From: Fonticula alba ATCC 38817
Lineage: Eukaryota > Protista > Nucleariida
Assembly: GCA_000388065.2 (NCBI GenBank)
Contig: KB932201.1
Reading direction: 5' to 3' (one strand)
Length of the DNA stretch: 64,000 nt
Shown: one piece after another, positions 39,617 to 52,777 of the stretch
Position numbering within the stretch: the first letter of the stretch is position 1
How the letters are laid out: the number at the start of each line of letters is the position of its first letter
Notes under the pieces: model-generated
The model's input: the letters and a program-made list of their open reading frames with translations, nothing else
Told to the model about the DNA's origin: nothing
The model's database searches: none
Translations under genes and position numbers: made by a program

Positions 39617-40986
39617 GCGGGGTTGGGGTGGCCCCCCCCCCTTCCCCGGGGAAAAAGACACAGGGAACAGCTCACACACGCACACACCCACACCCGCCCT
39701 GGGCGAAGCAATTTGAATTTACTCGGCCCACGGGGGGATGGGAACGAACGGAGGGAGCCTGCGACCGGCTGGTCGGCCAGGAGAGCATGGTGCCCAGAGG
39801 TCCCCGGGCAGGGTAGGGGATGCAAGTCTCCCAGGCATCCTCCCCTGGCAGGGGGAGCCCGGAGACGGGCCCAACCCTCAAGGTCTCGAGGCACTCGCAC
39901 TGAAACATCCAGCGGCAGCGGCCTTGGCGCCTGCGGGGAGGCCGGCACACGCACCCAACAAAGGGAGGGGCTCGTGGCATACACGTGCAGGCGTAGACTC
40001 ACACATCCGGGGCACAACACAGGCGGAACACACCACTCAGCCTTGCCCGGCCAGCGCGGCTGCTGGGGGGGGGGGGGGGACGGGGGCCGATCCAGCGCGC
40101 CCACCCGCGAGCGCTCATTCCTCCGTGCCCCGCGGCGTGGGACCGGCGGCCCCCATAATTCGAGTTAAGTCCTGGCGGGCCGTGCCCGGCGCATGCTCCG
40201 GTGAACAATGCGGACTCGGACGATTAATGTCCAGCAAGTTTGTATCGTGTGATTTTATTTTGACGCGTGATCGGACCTTCTGGATCTGCCGGCGCAAGCG
40301 CAGCTCGATCTGGAGCAGTGATGCGTGGGGGCGCCCGCCGTCAAGTGGCCAGCTTGCCAAATCAACACACAGCTCTCCCGCTCCAGGGCACGACAACATT
40401 CTGGAAGGGCCCGCGCCAGGATCTAGTGGAGATCAGGTCGCCCGGCGCCGCGTACCCATATCCCCGGCTCAGGCCATGCTCCGGGAGGAGAACAAGAGTT
40501 CACTCGCACGCTTGCACACCCGCCTCAAGCCTCCAGCTTTGAAGGTCCGGGCGCCGCTTTTACCGCTACGTGGTGGAGGGGACTGGTGAAAAGGCGAGGG
40601 GACCGGGGGCGCGTCGCTCTTTCCAGAACGCGGGGGTGGCCCAAACAGCGGCTTGCCTCCGACCGCGTTTGGAGGGGTCCTCTCTGGGGGCGAGACACGC
40701 GCTCATCGCAGGCCCGCCCCGCTGGCGACCGCCTCCTCTTGTTCCCCGCTACTGGCCGCCAGCCCTACGAAAGCCGGAAACGAGGAACGCCAACAAACCT
40801 CGACCGACGAATCCACAAGGCGTGTCCCCGCCGCTGGGCACATCCCTCCCCCTCCCCTGTCCGCACTCTACCGGACACCGCCGCAGATGGCGCAGAGAAG
40901 GGCAAGGGGGCACACAGAACCGGGCCCCTGCCGCCTCGGACAGGGGGCGTGCACAGCCTCCCCCCTCCCTGGCTGATGGGCTGGGA

Positions 40987-41022
<36 letters not shown>

Positions 41023-41361
41023 GACGACGCCCTGCGCACTCCCCTCCTCCTCCTCGCTGGACACAGACATACACACACGCCCGCACCAGACACGCGCGGG
41101 GAGGGGGAGAGAGGGGGAGAGGCGCGCGCAAGGAGGAGGAGGAGGCGCGAAAGGATGATGATACAAAAAACACAGACACACGAGAAGAGACAAGGGGGGG
41201 AGGGGGGCGCGGCTCTGGGGGGATATGTGGTGATAGGAGAGTGAAAAGTTCGCTCTATTTGAAGAGTAACAGGACGAACCCATTCGCCTTGCACAAAGTT
41301 CATCAATACAGAAGAATGGGAGTGTTGCTGGCCAAGACTAGAGAGCTCAAGTCTAAGACTC

Positions 41362-43426
41362 TTAAGCAGAGATGCTGGGGAGGTTGGCCTTGAGGACGGT
41401 CTTGAAGGACTTGGAGGTGGCGCGGACGCGGCGCTGGGGCAGAGGGAACTTGATCTTGGAGTTCTGTGGGTGGGAAAATGGGGAAAAGGAGAAAAGCGGG
41501 GGGGGGGCACGCGCGAGGGACAGAAGGTGTGTAAGTTACGGGGGGCGCGGCAAAAGAGCAATCAGACGCAATAGGCAGCGGGGGGACGACTGTGCACGCA
41601 CGAGGAACTGCTGGACGTAAGCGCGGCGGAGATCCTCGGACTTCTCAACCTCCTGGATGCGGATGATCTGGATGGAGCGAGCGCGGGCGCGGTGGCGACC
41701 GGCGAGATCCATGTAGCAGGCGGAGACGGCATCAGCGCGAGAAAGCTCACGGTACTCCTTGTACATGTTGTGGGTGCCAGAGCGAGAGTCGTAGCGGATC
41801 CAGATACCGAAGTTCTTGACGACGTTGGGGTTCTTCTCAGGGACCTGCGGAGAGAGGGAGAGAGGCGCGCGCAGGGGACAACAACAAAGGCCGGAGAGGG
41901 CGTTAGTATGAGACGTGTGAGAGATCATGCAGAGGTGAGGATTGGCATCCAGTGCATCGCCATCGTCGATGCACTGCGCGCGCGCGCCGGTCGGAAATGG
42001 CCCAGCTCGCGGCGCGGATCCCTCGGATGCATCTTGCTGGAAATGGCATCCGACCGGCATGCCCGCCACAAGATGCGCGGAGAGGGAGGAGGAGAACCAA
42101 GGACGCACCTCACCGACGTGGAGGATCTCACCAACGGACTTCTTGATGCGCTGGAGCTTCTTCATGTACTGCCAGTAGCGAGACTTGGCGACAAGGTTGT
42201 TGGGGGCGAAGATGCGCATGCGGTAGAGCTTGGGGGAAGGCTCGGCCTCGGTGGGGACGTGGCGACCCACAACAACAAACTCAGTGAGCTGCGAGGCCGG
42301 GCGAAGACGAGCGTCATGGGGGGGAGGGAGGGAGGGAGAGAGCGAGGGAAAAGGGCGTTAGAAGGGGAACATGATGGCCTCTCCATCGGCCCGATGAGAG
42401 GAAGAAGCAAAGGGCATGTATCGAAGATGGCGGTGTGAACGATAGATGCGATGCCTAATAGAGGGGGAGAGACAGACTCCTGCCATGCCCCCTGCCGTCC
42501 ATCTGGTCTGGTTGTGGCGCGCGCGCGCAGTCTCTCTCTCTCTGGTGCGCGTGCCCCGAGACGAGCATGGGCACGTATAGGCCCATCATCATCTACTCGA
42601 GCGCACGACCCTCCTCTCCTTGTCAGGGGGGACTCCCCTGCGTAGCTCCCTCCTCCGGGAGAGGCGCCAGGGTGCACGACGAGGAGCAAGAAAGGCAGAG
42701 CGAAGGGACCGCTCCCTCCCNNNNNNNNNNNNNNNNNNNNNNNNNNNNNCAGTCTCTCTCTCTCTGGTGCGCGTGCCCCGAGACGAGCATGGGCACGTAT
42801 AGGCCCATCATCATCTACTCGAGCGCACGACCCTCCTCTCCTTGTCAGGGGGGACTCTCCTGCGTAGCTCCCTCCTCCGGGAGAGGCGCCAGGGTGCACG
42901 ACGAGGAGCAAGAAAGGCAGAGCGAAGGGACCGCTCCCTCCTCCGAATGACAAGGGCGCAAGCGAATCTGCCGGGGAGGGGGAGAGAGAGAGAGAGCCCG
43001 ACAGGAAGCGCTCAGGCACGCGCATGAACCGAACGACCAGAAGGACGGGAGATAGGGCCGGACAGAAGGAGCCTCGCCGCACGGAGGCAAGAGGGAGAGG
43101 GGTGGAAGGGGACGGATTGTGTGCGTGTGCGTGTGCGTATGCATGCGGCACACGCCACACGGCACACACACACACACCAGATCGGAAGAGCACACGTCAC
43201 GCGCATGAACCGAACGACCAGAAGGACGGGAGATAGGGCCGGACAGAAGGAGCCTCGCCGCACGGAGGCAAGAGGGAGAGGGGTGGAAGGGGACGGATTG
43301 TGTGCGTGTGCGTGTGCGTATGCATGCGGCACACGCCACACGGCACACACACACACACCCCAGAGGGAGGATTGAGGTAACAGAGAGGGGAGGGGAAGAG
43401 GGGAGACCAATACGTACGTTACCCAT
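41362..43426 (-). CDS. RPL18A: 60S ribosomal protein L18a (eL20), 4 exons
   Basis: Exons 43426-43418 (MGN), 42288-42109, 41844-41602, 41463-41362; EFVVVGRHVPT..LYRMRIFAPN..AKSRYW..VKNFGIWIRYDSRSGTHNMYKEYR..MDLAGRHRAR..IKFPLP. Confidence 0.97.
42528..42940. repeat. ~190-bp direct duplication flanking an N-gap (probable assembly artefact)
   Basis: 42528-42720 repeated at 42750-42940 with one substitution (gactcccctg vs gactctcctg), separated only by N 42721-42749. Confidence 0.85.
43018..43358. repeat. ~160-bp direct duplication around an Illumina adapter (assembly artefact)
   Basis: acgcgcatgaaccgaacgacc...cacacacacacc at ~43018-43178 and again at ~43199-43358. Confidence 0.9.
43179..43198 (+). 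other. Illumina TruSeq adapter contamination
   Basis: AGATCGGAAGAGCACACGTC is an exact 20-nt match to the start of the standard TruSeq read-through adapter. Confidence 0.95.
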
Positions 43427-44907
43427 CTTGTATTACTCTTCGGGACCTAGAATTTGAAAAACAAAAGCAAATCGAAGAGATGGAGAGAGAGCGCCCATGC
43501 TGGGGGCAGGTACTATGCCTTCAGATCAAACACAGCCCCGGCCGTGTCCCACCCCCCTTCGGCGCCTGGCGGCGCTGCCCCCTCCCCGTCGCCAGGACGC
43601 TCGCCCCCACCTCTCCCCCACCCCCCTGTCCGTCGGGGGGTGGGGGGGGGAAACAAGCCACGGAGGGAAGCCCGCTGCGCGGCTGACCACCGCCACAGGC
43701 CTCCCCCCGCCTCCGCCCCTCTTCCCCCCCCTCCCCCCCCCCCGCTCCCACCCCCGGCGGACGGGGGAAGGGGTCCCACCAGGGGAGGGGGGGCTGCAGT
43801 GTTCCGTCCCACCGCCCCTGCAGGCCCCCATCATCCCCCATCCCCGCCACCCCCACCCCTTGCCGGAGGATGGGCTGGCACAGCCCCGCTCGCCCCCTGG
43901 AGAAACACCCTCCGTCGCACGGGCCCTCGCCCGCACCACGGACGGCACTCAGCCATCCGCTCCTGCAGGGCGAACTAGTTGCCTCACCACCACCACCACC
44001 ACCACCCGTCCCCCCGTGAACACGCATGCACACTCCTCCTGGGGGCCATCCCTCTCTCTGTCTCTCTCTCTCTCTCCTGGCCTTGCTCACCCGACCGGGG
44101 ACCGACTGGCCGAGAAGCAGGCAAAAGGGATGCCCCCCCCCCCNNNNNNNNNNNNNNNNNNNNNNNNNNNNNNNNNNNNNNNNNNNNNNNNNNNNNNNNN
44201 NNNNNNNNNNNNNCCCCCCCCCCCTCCGGCCATCCCACCTTGCTGGCGTGCACACCGCCGTCTGCCGTCAACAAGGAGAATGTGGGCCGGCTCTCGGCAG
44301 GGCAGCTTCACCCAGCCCCCCGGCCCGGAAAGCAGAGTCCACTGGCACCTGGCCATCACCCCTTCGCCCGGCGAAACTTGGCCCATCCTCGCGCGCGTTG
44401 TTGAGCTGTTCCCCCTAACTGCGCCCCGGCCGTGTGCCCTGCGAGACTCCGGGCCAAGCCCTGGCTCGTGAACAAAGGAAAGCCCCGTCCCAAATCCCGC
44501 CACATACTTGCTGGATTATTTTCTTTCGAATTTGCCCAGCATCTCTCCTTCTTCCTGGCGCATTCGCTGTCGAGGCCTGGACCGAGCAAATGCCGTTGGC
44601 CCGACCACACGGCAAGCTCGATGTCGGTGTCACGTGCCCGACCTGAAAAACGAGAACATAACCTAGAAACTGAAATATATAAGCATATATATCCTCTTAA
44701 CCAACCCCCTGCACGAAAGTCGAGAGAAAGCCCAGCGAGAAAAGCGAGACGAGAGAGAGAGAGAGAGAGAGGGCCGCCGAGGGGCAGGACAAAGTGCCCG
44801 GTCCCCTCTTGCCGGGAGTTTATGCTGTTTCACAAAGGTAGTCGCGCGAAAGTAGAGGAGGCCGCCTTGGGCACAAATGACCGAATCCGGTTCGCGGGCA
44901 TGCGTGC

Positions 44908-46776
44908 TCAGATGAGCGAAAGGAGCTGCTTGATGGCAACCGAAAGGCCATCCACCTCGGCAGTACCGGCATGCGTGGCGATGGCCAGGTGGGTGCTGCT
45001 GCAAAGAGCGCGATTGTGGCTGGCCAGGGCGGCGGCAAAGTCCCGAACCAGGGCCAAGATCTCGGGGCTGACATTGCCACGGCGCATCCGCGGGAAGAGC
45101 CCATCAGAGGTGGCCATCGTGGGCGAGTCGCCGTCGGCGGCGATGCCAAGGCGCTTGTTCAAGTCCCGCACAGTGCGCGTGACGCGGGGGTCCTGTCATG
45201 AGGCCAGGCAGCGGGTGAAGCTTTGGTTAGGGAGCCAGATGCGAGGTATGGAGAGCCGGAAAGCGCATCAAGGTGTGGGGTTGGGCATGTGAGGAGGCGA
45301 TGGGGCATGGGAGGGTGTGTACCTGGCTTTGGGCCGCCTGCGCCAGGAAGCCGGAGAGAGTGCGAACGATCTCTTCGACCACTGCACAAGCAGGCCGACA
45401 CATGCATATACGGAGGAGCGGCCAGGGGAGGGGGGGGGGGAGGGGGAGCGGTGTGCGGGAACACCCGGCGAAGGAATACGGTCAGGAGACTGGGAGGAAA
45501 GAGCGAGGGAGTCACCCAGCGGGGGTACATACCTGCGTTGTCGATGGTGTACACCTTGGGCTGGGCCAGGGTCGAGGGGCGCTGGAACGAGGACAGCGGC
45601 ATGGCCGTGGTCCCAGTGGGGCGGGTGAGCTGATCATTGCCAAGCGGCGAATGCGGCTGCTGGCCACCGAGCGGGGGGCCACCCGGGCGACCTGGGGTCA
45701 TGAGTCCGGGCACATGCGGAGGCTGCTGCGAGCCACCACCCGAAACACCGGCCATCATCGGGCGGTTGTGCGCCGACGGCGGGACAAAGGTAGCCACGCC
45801 CGGGGGCGGGGCCACGAAGGCCGGCTGAGCCCCGGTGGCCGAGGGCTGACCCGCAAAGAGGGTCGGGCTGGAGGTGGGCGGCTTGCTGCCAGTCGGAGGG
45901 GGCGGGGCCACGGCAGCCGCGCTCGGCGAAGTGACACTGGCCGCCGGGTTGAACAGCTGCACCGGCGCAGGAGCTGCGACTGGCGGCTGGTAGACGCCAC
46001 TGCCGGCGCCACTGCCACTCATGCCACCGGCCGCCAGCGGGGCAAAGGTGCCAGTGACGGCGGGGCCCGGCTGGGGCTGATAGCCGGGGGCGGCCGGGCC
46101 TGGCTGAGGCTGGTACGGCTGGAACTGTTGCTGCTGGGGCTGCTGGGGCTGGTACTGCTGCTGGGGCTGGTACTGCTGCTGGGGCTGGTACTGCTGCTGG
46201 GGCTGGTACTGCTGAGACTGCTGCTGGGACTGCGGCGACTGGTAGTGATGCTGGGGCTGCTGCTGGGCGACCGGGGCGGCGCGCGCCGCCGGTGCCGGGG
46301 TCGCCGTGCTCAGGGCAGTGAACTTCTCCAACAGGGCGCGCAAGTGGGCCAAGGCGTCCGGCGTGCCGGGAACAGGGTTGCCCGAGTGGGATACCGCCAC
46401 CTGCAGGGTGTGGCAGGCCAAATCCAGGCGACCACCGGACGCCAAGCGCTCCGCATGCTCGGCGAAGATCATCTGCACACCGACAGGGAGCCTGCGATGC
46501 GGGTTGAAAATGCCACATGAAAGGGGAACATGATAAGATGCAGGGGGCGGGGGGGTTGGTGAGTAGGCGGAAGTAGGAGGCCCGTGTGGCAGGAGCATGC
46601 CGGCGCTTTAGATGGGCTGGGGGGGNNNNNNNNNNNNNNNNNNNNNNNNNNNNNNNNNNNNNNNNNNNNNNNNNNNNNNNNNNNNNNNNNNNNNNNNNNN
46701 NNNNNNNNNNNNNNNNNNNNNNNNNNNNNNNNNNNNNNNNNNNNNNNNNNNNNNNNNNNNNNNNNNNNNNNNNNNN

Positions 46777-46816
<40 letters not shown>

Positions 46817-49800
46817 CATACGCACCTGCCAGTTCTCCACGCCCAAAACGTCAAGCAGACGCGACAGGTCGCCGGCCAGGAGAACAGCCGCCACCTTCAT
46901 GGCGACGCTGTGCTGCTCGCCATTGGCCGCCACAGTGGGCGAGGTCAGCACATGACGGAGCATGATATCCAACAGGGAGGGGGCGGCATCGGGACCGCCA
47001 GCAGAGGCAGGCCGACCGCCAGCCATGGCAACCAACAGCGCCTCGGACACGAAGGACCCATGAGCCAGGGATCGGGCGGCCCCGGCGAAATTCCCGCCCA
47101 GGAGGCAGGCCAGCGGCCCGTCGGAGCCGGTGTCGGCGCCACCGGCAGCATCGGCCGCGAGATCAAGCTGCGCCAGAGGAGCAGCCAGATCCTCGACACT
47201 GCCAGCCAGGCTGGACAGATGCCCACGCGCCGGGGGGGTGTACACCCCGGCAAAAACCCCGGCCAGGGACTTGTAGTCGGGCGAGGCCAGCATCGCCTGC
47301 AGGAGGCGATACACGTCGGCATCGGCAGACCGACCGGCAGCAGCGGCAGCGGCCTGCTCGGCGCCACAGAAGGCCCCCAGGGACTCGACCACGCCGGTGT
47401 CAGTCGGCGCGACAACTCGACTGAAGGATGCGGCGCGCTCGATGTAGGCCGCATCGGTGGCCACCGAGGTCAGCTCGATCGAGTGGCTGTCAGCCGAGGC
47501 ACCAATCCCCGGGCCGAAGCGGACCAGCCGACCACCGAAGCCGAAGCACACACCGGCCGGGCGCCGGAGGAAGGCCGGGGCGTCCGGCAGGCACAGAGTG
47601 CCGGAGTCCTGGATGGCGGCGGTCGGCAGGGCAGGGCCGTCGTCCAGGTGCCCGGCGCCGCCAGGACCACCGGCCGTCGGAGGCGGCGCGAAGGGGTCAA
47701 TGTTTTCCAGCTCCCCGGCATCCAGGGTACCAGTGGGATGCCCATGCAGCAGGGGGTCCCCCCCGGTCGGGGGTGCCGGAGCCAGGCGGATGGCACACAC
47801 CCGGACTCGGCCGTCATAGGACGACGTCAGGGCCAGGGAGCTGTGCCGGGGGGAGATGGTCACGTCGAAGACCCAGTTCTCGGCGATACCGCCACCCAGC
47901 CGGCCGCGATAGGCCCCGGTGGCCGGGCACCAGCCGCGCACGACGCCATCCTTGCCGGAGGCCAGCAGCAGGCGATGGTCATGCGGCGACCAGGCCAGCG
48001 ACAGGACACCACAGCCAGAGGGGGGCATGGTATGGTCGGGCTCCGGGGTGATGATGCGCTCGGGGGCACTGAGGGGGACGCAATCCGATGGGCAGGGTCA
48101 CACATGGAGGCGTACGAGTCGGCATATGCCCGATGCGTGGTTGTGTGCGTGTGTGTGTGTGTGTGTCTGTGTCAGAGACAGGGGAAGGGCGTGGTGGGAG
48201 AGGCGACAGTCGAGGCCATGCTGGCGTACCGGGCGTTGCGGACGTCCCAGATGAAGATGCGCCCGGTGGGATCATGCTCGTAGGTGGTAGCCAGCTGGGT
48301 GGGAGTGACCGGGTTCCAGGCAATGGCGGACACGGCACCGAAGCCAGCCCCAGCGCCAGGCATCATGCCGGCCGGGCCACCCGGGTAGGCACCCATGTGG
48401 GAATGGTGCTGGGGGCCGCCGTAGCTAGTATGGGCCAGATGCGGTGGCGGGGTGAGGACCATGAGCTCGCGCTTGTGTGCCAGGTCAAAGACGACGACAT
48501 TGCCTTGAGGGGTGGAGAGAGAAGGCCAGAACCGAAAGGCCCTTGCTTCTGTTAGTATCGCAAGCCGAAGGTCCAAAGTCGAACATGTTCCCCCCAGAGG
48601 CACAGGCGGACCATTCATGCTGCCGACGGCAATGATGTGGGAAAACTGGGAGTTCCAGCTGAGAATGGTGGCCGGCACGTTGGGAGCACCCAGGCGCGAA
48701 GAGGGCAGCGCCGGCAGCCGGGCGAGAGGCTGCATGTGCATTGGTGAGATGGGGGAAGAGCAGGGAGACAGACAAGCGGGAGGGAGCAGCAGGTGCGCAT
48801 GGCAATGGTCAGGGCCATGGGGTGAGACGTTGCAAGTGAAAAGCAGAGGCCCAACGCACGGCATCCGGACGCGAGATGTCCCACAGGCAAACCTTCAGGT
48901 CGCCATTCGGGCCACCGAAGCCGCAGCTGGCCAGGAGGCTCGGGCGGCTCGGGCAGAGGGAGATCGAGTAGACCGGGCTCGGTGGGGGGGTGGTAGACCC
49001 AGGAGCCACGGTGTCGGCGGCGGCCGGATGGGCCACGCTAAACTGGCTCAAAGGAGTGGCTGCCAAGGAGGAGGGGGAGGAAGAGGGGAGAAGTTATTGC
49101 ATGTTAGCATACGTATGTGTGGCTGTGTGGCTGTGTGGATGTGTGTGTGTGTGTGTGCTCGTTGGAAAGGGAGAGGGCAGTGGGTAGCGTACTGGTTTTG
49201 CCGGCCAGTAGAGCGACAGGGTCCCAAAGCTCAATGGCGCCGGACTCAAGGCCAGCCACGATGATACCCTTCGGGAAGGCGGGGTTCACAACGCCAGACC
49301 AGAGGATCTTGTTAAAGCGCGAGGCCACCGGAATGGACACCTTGCTAACGATGGGCTGGGTGATGGTATTTGGGCACATCGATGCGTGCGTGTGCGTGTG
49401 CGTGTGCGTGTGCGTGTGTGACGCGTGAACATGTCAGAGGGGAGGTGACAGTCAGCGGGATGGTTCTCCACAGGGGGGAGTGGTAATGCAAAGAGGAGGT
49501 CGCACATGCTCCGCGCCGAGGGACAAGTCCACAGCGGCGATCTCCAGCGAGGAGGAACTGGAGAAGCCCGGGTCCAGGGCGCCAGCGGCCGTGCCAAGGG
49601 CAATATAGTGACGACCATGACCGAGAGCCAGATCATCGGCCGCCAGATCGAGCGGACACCAGGCAGCCGTGGCAGTGCGGCGCAGGCCGAAGGCCGAGGA
49701 GACAAAGCGCGGGGGCAGGCGCTTGGCCTTCGGGGCGCCGGCCGGCTGGTCGGAAGGAGGCGCGGCGCCACCGGGAACCGGGCTGCCGAAGGGGTGCTGA

Positions 49801-49958
49801 GCATCCGAAGCTCCGGCATCCGAGGTGCCATTCAGACCGAAGACATCCGAGGCCGAGGAGGCGGCCGTGGTCAGGAGGCTAGAGAAGATGTCGCCAAAGC
49901 CGCCAGGCGGAGCGGCGGTAGCGGGGGCACCCGCATCAGCAGGCGGGAAGACGGACAT
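44908..49958 (-). CDS. SEC31: COPII outer-coat protein Sec31 (multi-exon; gap at 46626-46776)
   Basis: RTATAAWCP..IALGTAAGALDPGFSSSSSLEI, SRFNKILWS, AIAWNPVTPTQLAT, VLSLAWSPHD..LLASGKD, NWVFDV..P..SSYDG, FLRRPAGVCFGFGGRLV, a Pro/Gln-rich region and a C-terminal helical domain (DLNKRL..IKQLLSLI). Confidence 0.93.
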
Positions 49959-50664
49959 GGCCGGACGGCAGGGGGGGGGGGGGGGGTCTCGACGACGACT
50001 GAGAGTCGGGAAAGATACACGGATGCAGGTGAGTGGGCCAGGCGGATAGGGGGACACAGCTGACGGCGGCACTGCGTGAGAGGGTGGGCGAAATGGGGCA
50101 AGGAGGAAGGGGGGAACCTTGCGGCGGCGGCGGCGGCGGCGGCGGCGAGGGGGAGAAAGGAGATGCGTTCGCAGTAGCGGGGACACACACACTGTGAACA
50201 TGTCCTCGGGACCGGTGGCACAAGGTGGATCCTCTCGACTGGTTCCTCCGACCTGCTTCTTTCTCCTCTGGGCTCTGGATTGGGGGCGGAGGAGGGCTGC
50301 CCTCGGCCAGCCTCCCCCCTCCCTTCCCCCCCCCCCCCACTCCAGCTAGACCTTCCTGGGGCCTCGTCTAGTCGTTTGTTGAACGAATGAGAGCATCTCG
50401 AGGAAAAGGGAACTTTAAAAATAACGCAAAAAATAGCACGAGCTCCAGGTCTTCCCCCGGGGGATGAATTAATGTCACACACCCAAGCAGGGCAAAGGTC
50501 CTTTTCCGGCGGAGGGCCCACATTGGAGAAATGTGCGTTGCGTTGAAGTGGGGTGTCTCTGATCTGGGTGCTGGGGTGTCCCCCCAATGGCTAAATCGGG
50601 GAAGCTTGGGAGCCGCCTGCTTGCCTTGCACCTCTCTCTCTCCCTCTCTCCCTCTCTCCCTCTT

Positions 50665-50709
<45 letters not shown>

Positions 50710-52600
50710 CGCTCCCTCCCCTGCTCCGTTTCCTTCGTGCAAGTCAGCAGCATGCAGGGACCTGATCGGGGCTGCTCCCCAACGGCAGGCAGAAAGAAGC
50801 CCCAAATAGGGGGAGGTGTATTTTTGGTGTGGATCAAAACACGTAGCCGCCTTCCCTGAGGGGAATCCCCGAGCCTTTTTCCTTGTATCCCTCTCTCTCT
50901 CTCTCTCTCGGTCTTGTCCCACATCCGTCTGGAGGTACACCATCGTTGCCGGGGACGGCGAGCAAGGTGCGGGGCAGGGAGAAAGAGAATGCCAGGAAGC
51001 GGAGCAGCGCCAAGGGGGACGCGCCGGGGGAAGAAGGGGCACCGGCGCCAGGGAGTTGACACTTCTCTGCGAACCACCGGAGTCACACCGCTTCTCACGT
51101 GTCACGAGAATGCCAATAGCGGAATCACACGACAGGGACCTCAGGGTTTTGCCTCTCGACCCTGTTGGCAATAGGGTTGTATCCAAATGAACAACTTAAA
51201 GGGTGGTGGTCTCCTCCCGGTTGGTCTCTTGACCCAGGCGGGGGATTTAACCTGGGAGGCGGTTGTGTGGCGGACAAAAGGGTTGGCTGCTATCAGGATC
51301 ATTGGTAGCTCTTTTGCGTTTCACCCTTCTCCGGATCTGTCCTTTCTCTTCTGCCCGCCGGCTCTGTGGGCCTTGTCGGGATCTTTATCGAAACGCCGGC
51401 AGTTCGGCCGGCCGCGATCCACCCTCCCCGCCGGGGTGCATCCTGGCGTGACTATTTCCCCCCTCGGGGCGTTTAGGCGGGTCCTGGCCCTGAGGCCTGC
51501 GTGTTCTCCTCGGCGGCCCCACCCTCCCCGGCTCACCGGAGGCATCTCTGTGTGCACCCCGCGCGACGCCCCCTCCGGAGACTCGGACCGGCGGAGGGGG
51601 GTCGATTGGCAGCACCTATTTCCTTCCGCGTCTCGTCCCCCACAAGGGAACGGAGGTGGGGGGGCTCTTGCGCCAGCATTCCCCCCCCCCCCCCCCCCCC
51701 CCCCCAGATTTAACCCTCGCCGGCCAGCATGCTGCGGGATGGGCGCGAGGGGGCGCTCCCCTTCCCCCACATTGTGCCCGTCCCCTGGGAGTAGTGGGTC
51801 GCCCAGGTTGTCGAGACTCCTTTCTCTCCGCCTCCCCTGCCGGGCTCTGTCATCGTGGGGTCTGGTCGGCGTGGTCCTGGTGTCGGGCCCCGCGTTCCAG
51901 CTCGTCCCCTGGTCCCCCGCCACCTCCGAGCCGCATGTGGTGAGTTCCTCCCCACCTCCTAGATGGGCGGATGGTACACGGCGGGGGGGGGGGGGGGGGG
52001 GGGCATGAGGATCGCCCTCACGGAGGGCAGGCCACCGCGGGAGAAGAGCAGCCGGTCCGCCGTCCGCGGCCAGGAGGGAGCTCCCAACTGAGAGTTTCTG
52101 TTTCGTTGTTTCCTGTGAGTCCTCCCCCCTCCCTGCCCTGCTTCTCATCTGTTGCTCCCTCCTTCCTACCCTCCTTTCTCTCTCTCCCTCTCTCTCCCTC
52201 CCCCCCCCTCTCTCTCTCTCCCCCCACTGCTCGCGTCCACGGGCTGTGCATGTCTATCAGCCCCCCTCCCCCCCACGATCTCATCTATCTTTCCCCAACC
52301 GGCGGCCTGGCTCCGATGGCTGACCGGGGCCGGTGATGCAGACAGGAGGGAGGCCTGGCCACGCGCCTTCCTCCTTTATGTCTCTCGTGCATGGGGGCAT
52401 CATCGCTTCACTTCCTCCCCTCCTTCCCCTCCCCCTGTCGGGACTTGTGCGTCGCCTCGGCGCTTCGCCCTCCCTCCATGCCAATGGGGGCTTTGTCGTC
52501 GATGTTGCCGAGGGGATCGCCTGGTCGCTGCTCCACCACACACCCGGCTCCTCGGGTTCTCTCTCTCTCTCTCTCTCCCCCTCTTTCTTCCCCTCTTTCT

Positions 52601-52631
<31 letters not shown>

Positions 52632-52777
52632 CCCTCTCTCCCCCTCTCTGTGTATATGCATGCCTGCCGCATGAGGTCTGACTTTCGCTCCTCTCCTCGC
52701 CTTTTCCATGTGTCTCTGTTCTTTTTCTCCCATGACTGCTTGCTGCCCAGGCGCAACCCCTCTCCCTCTAGCTCATC

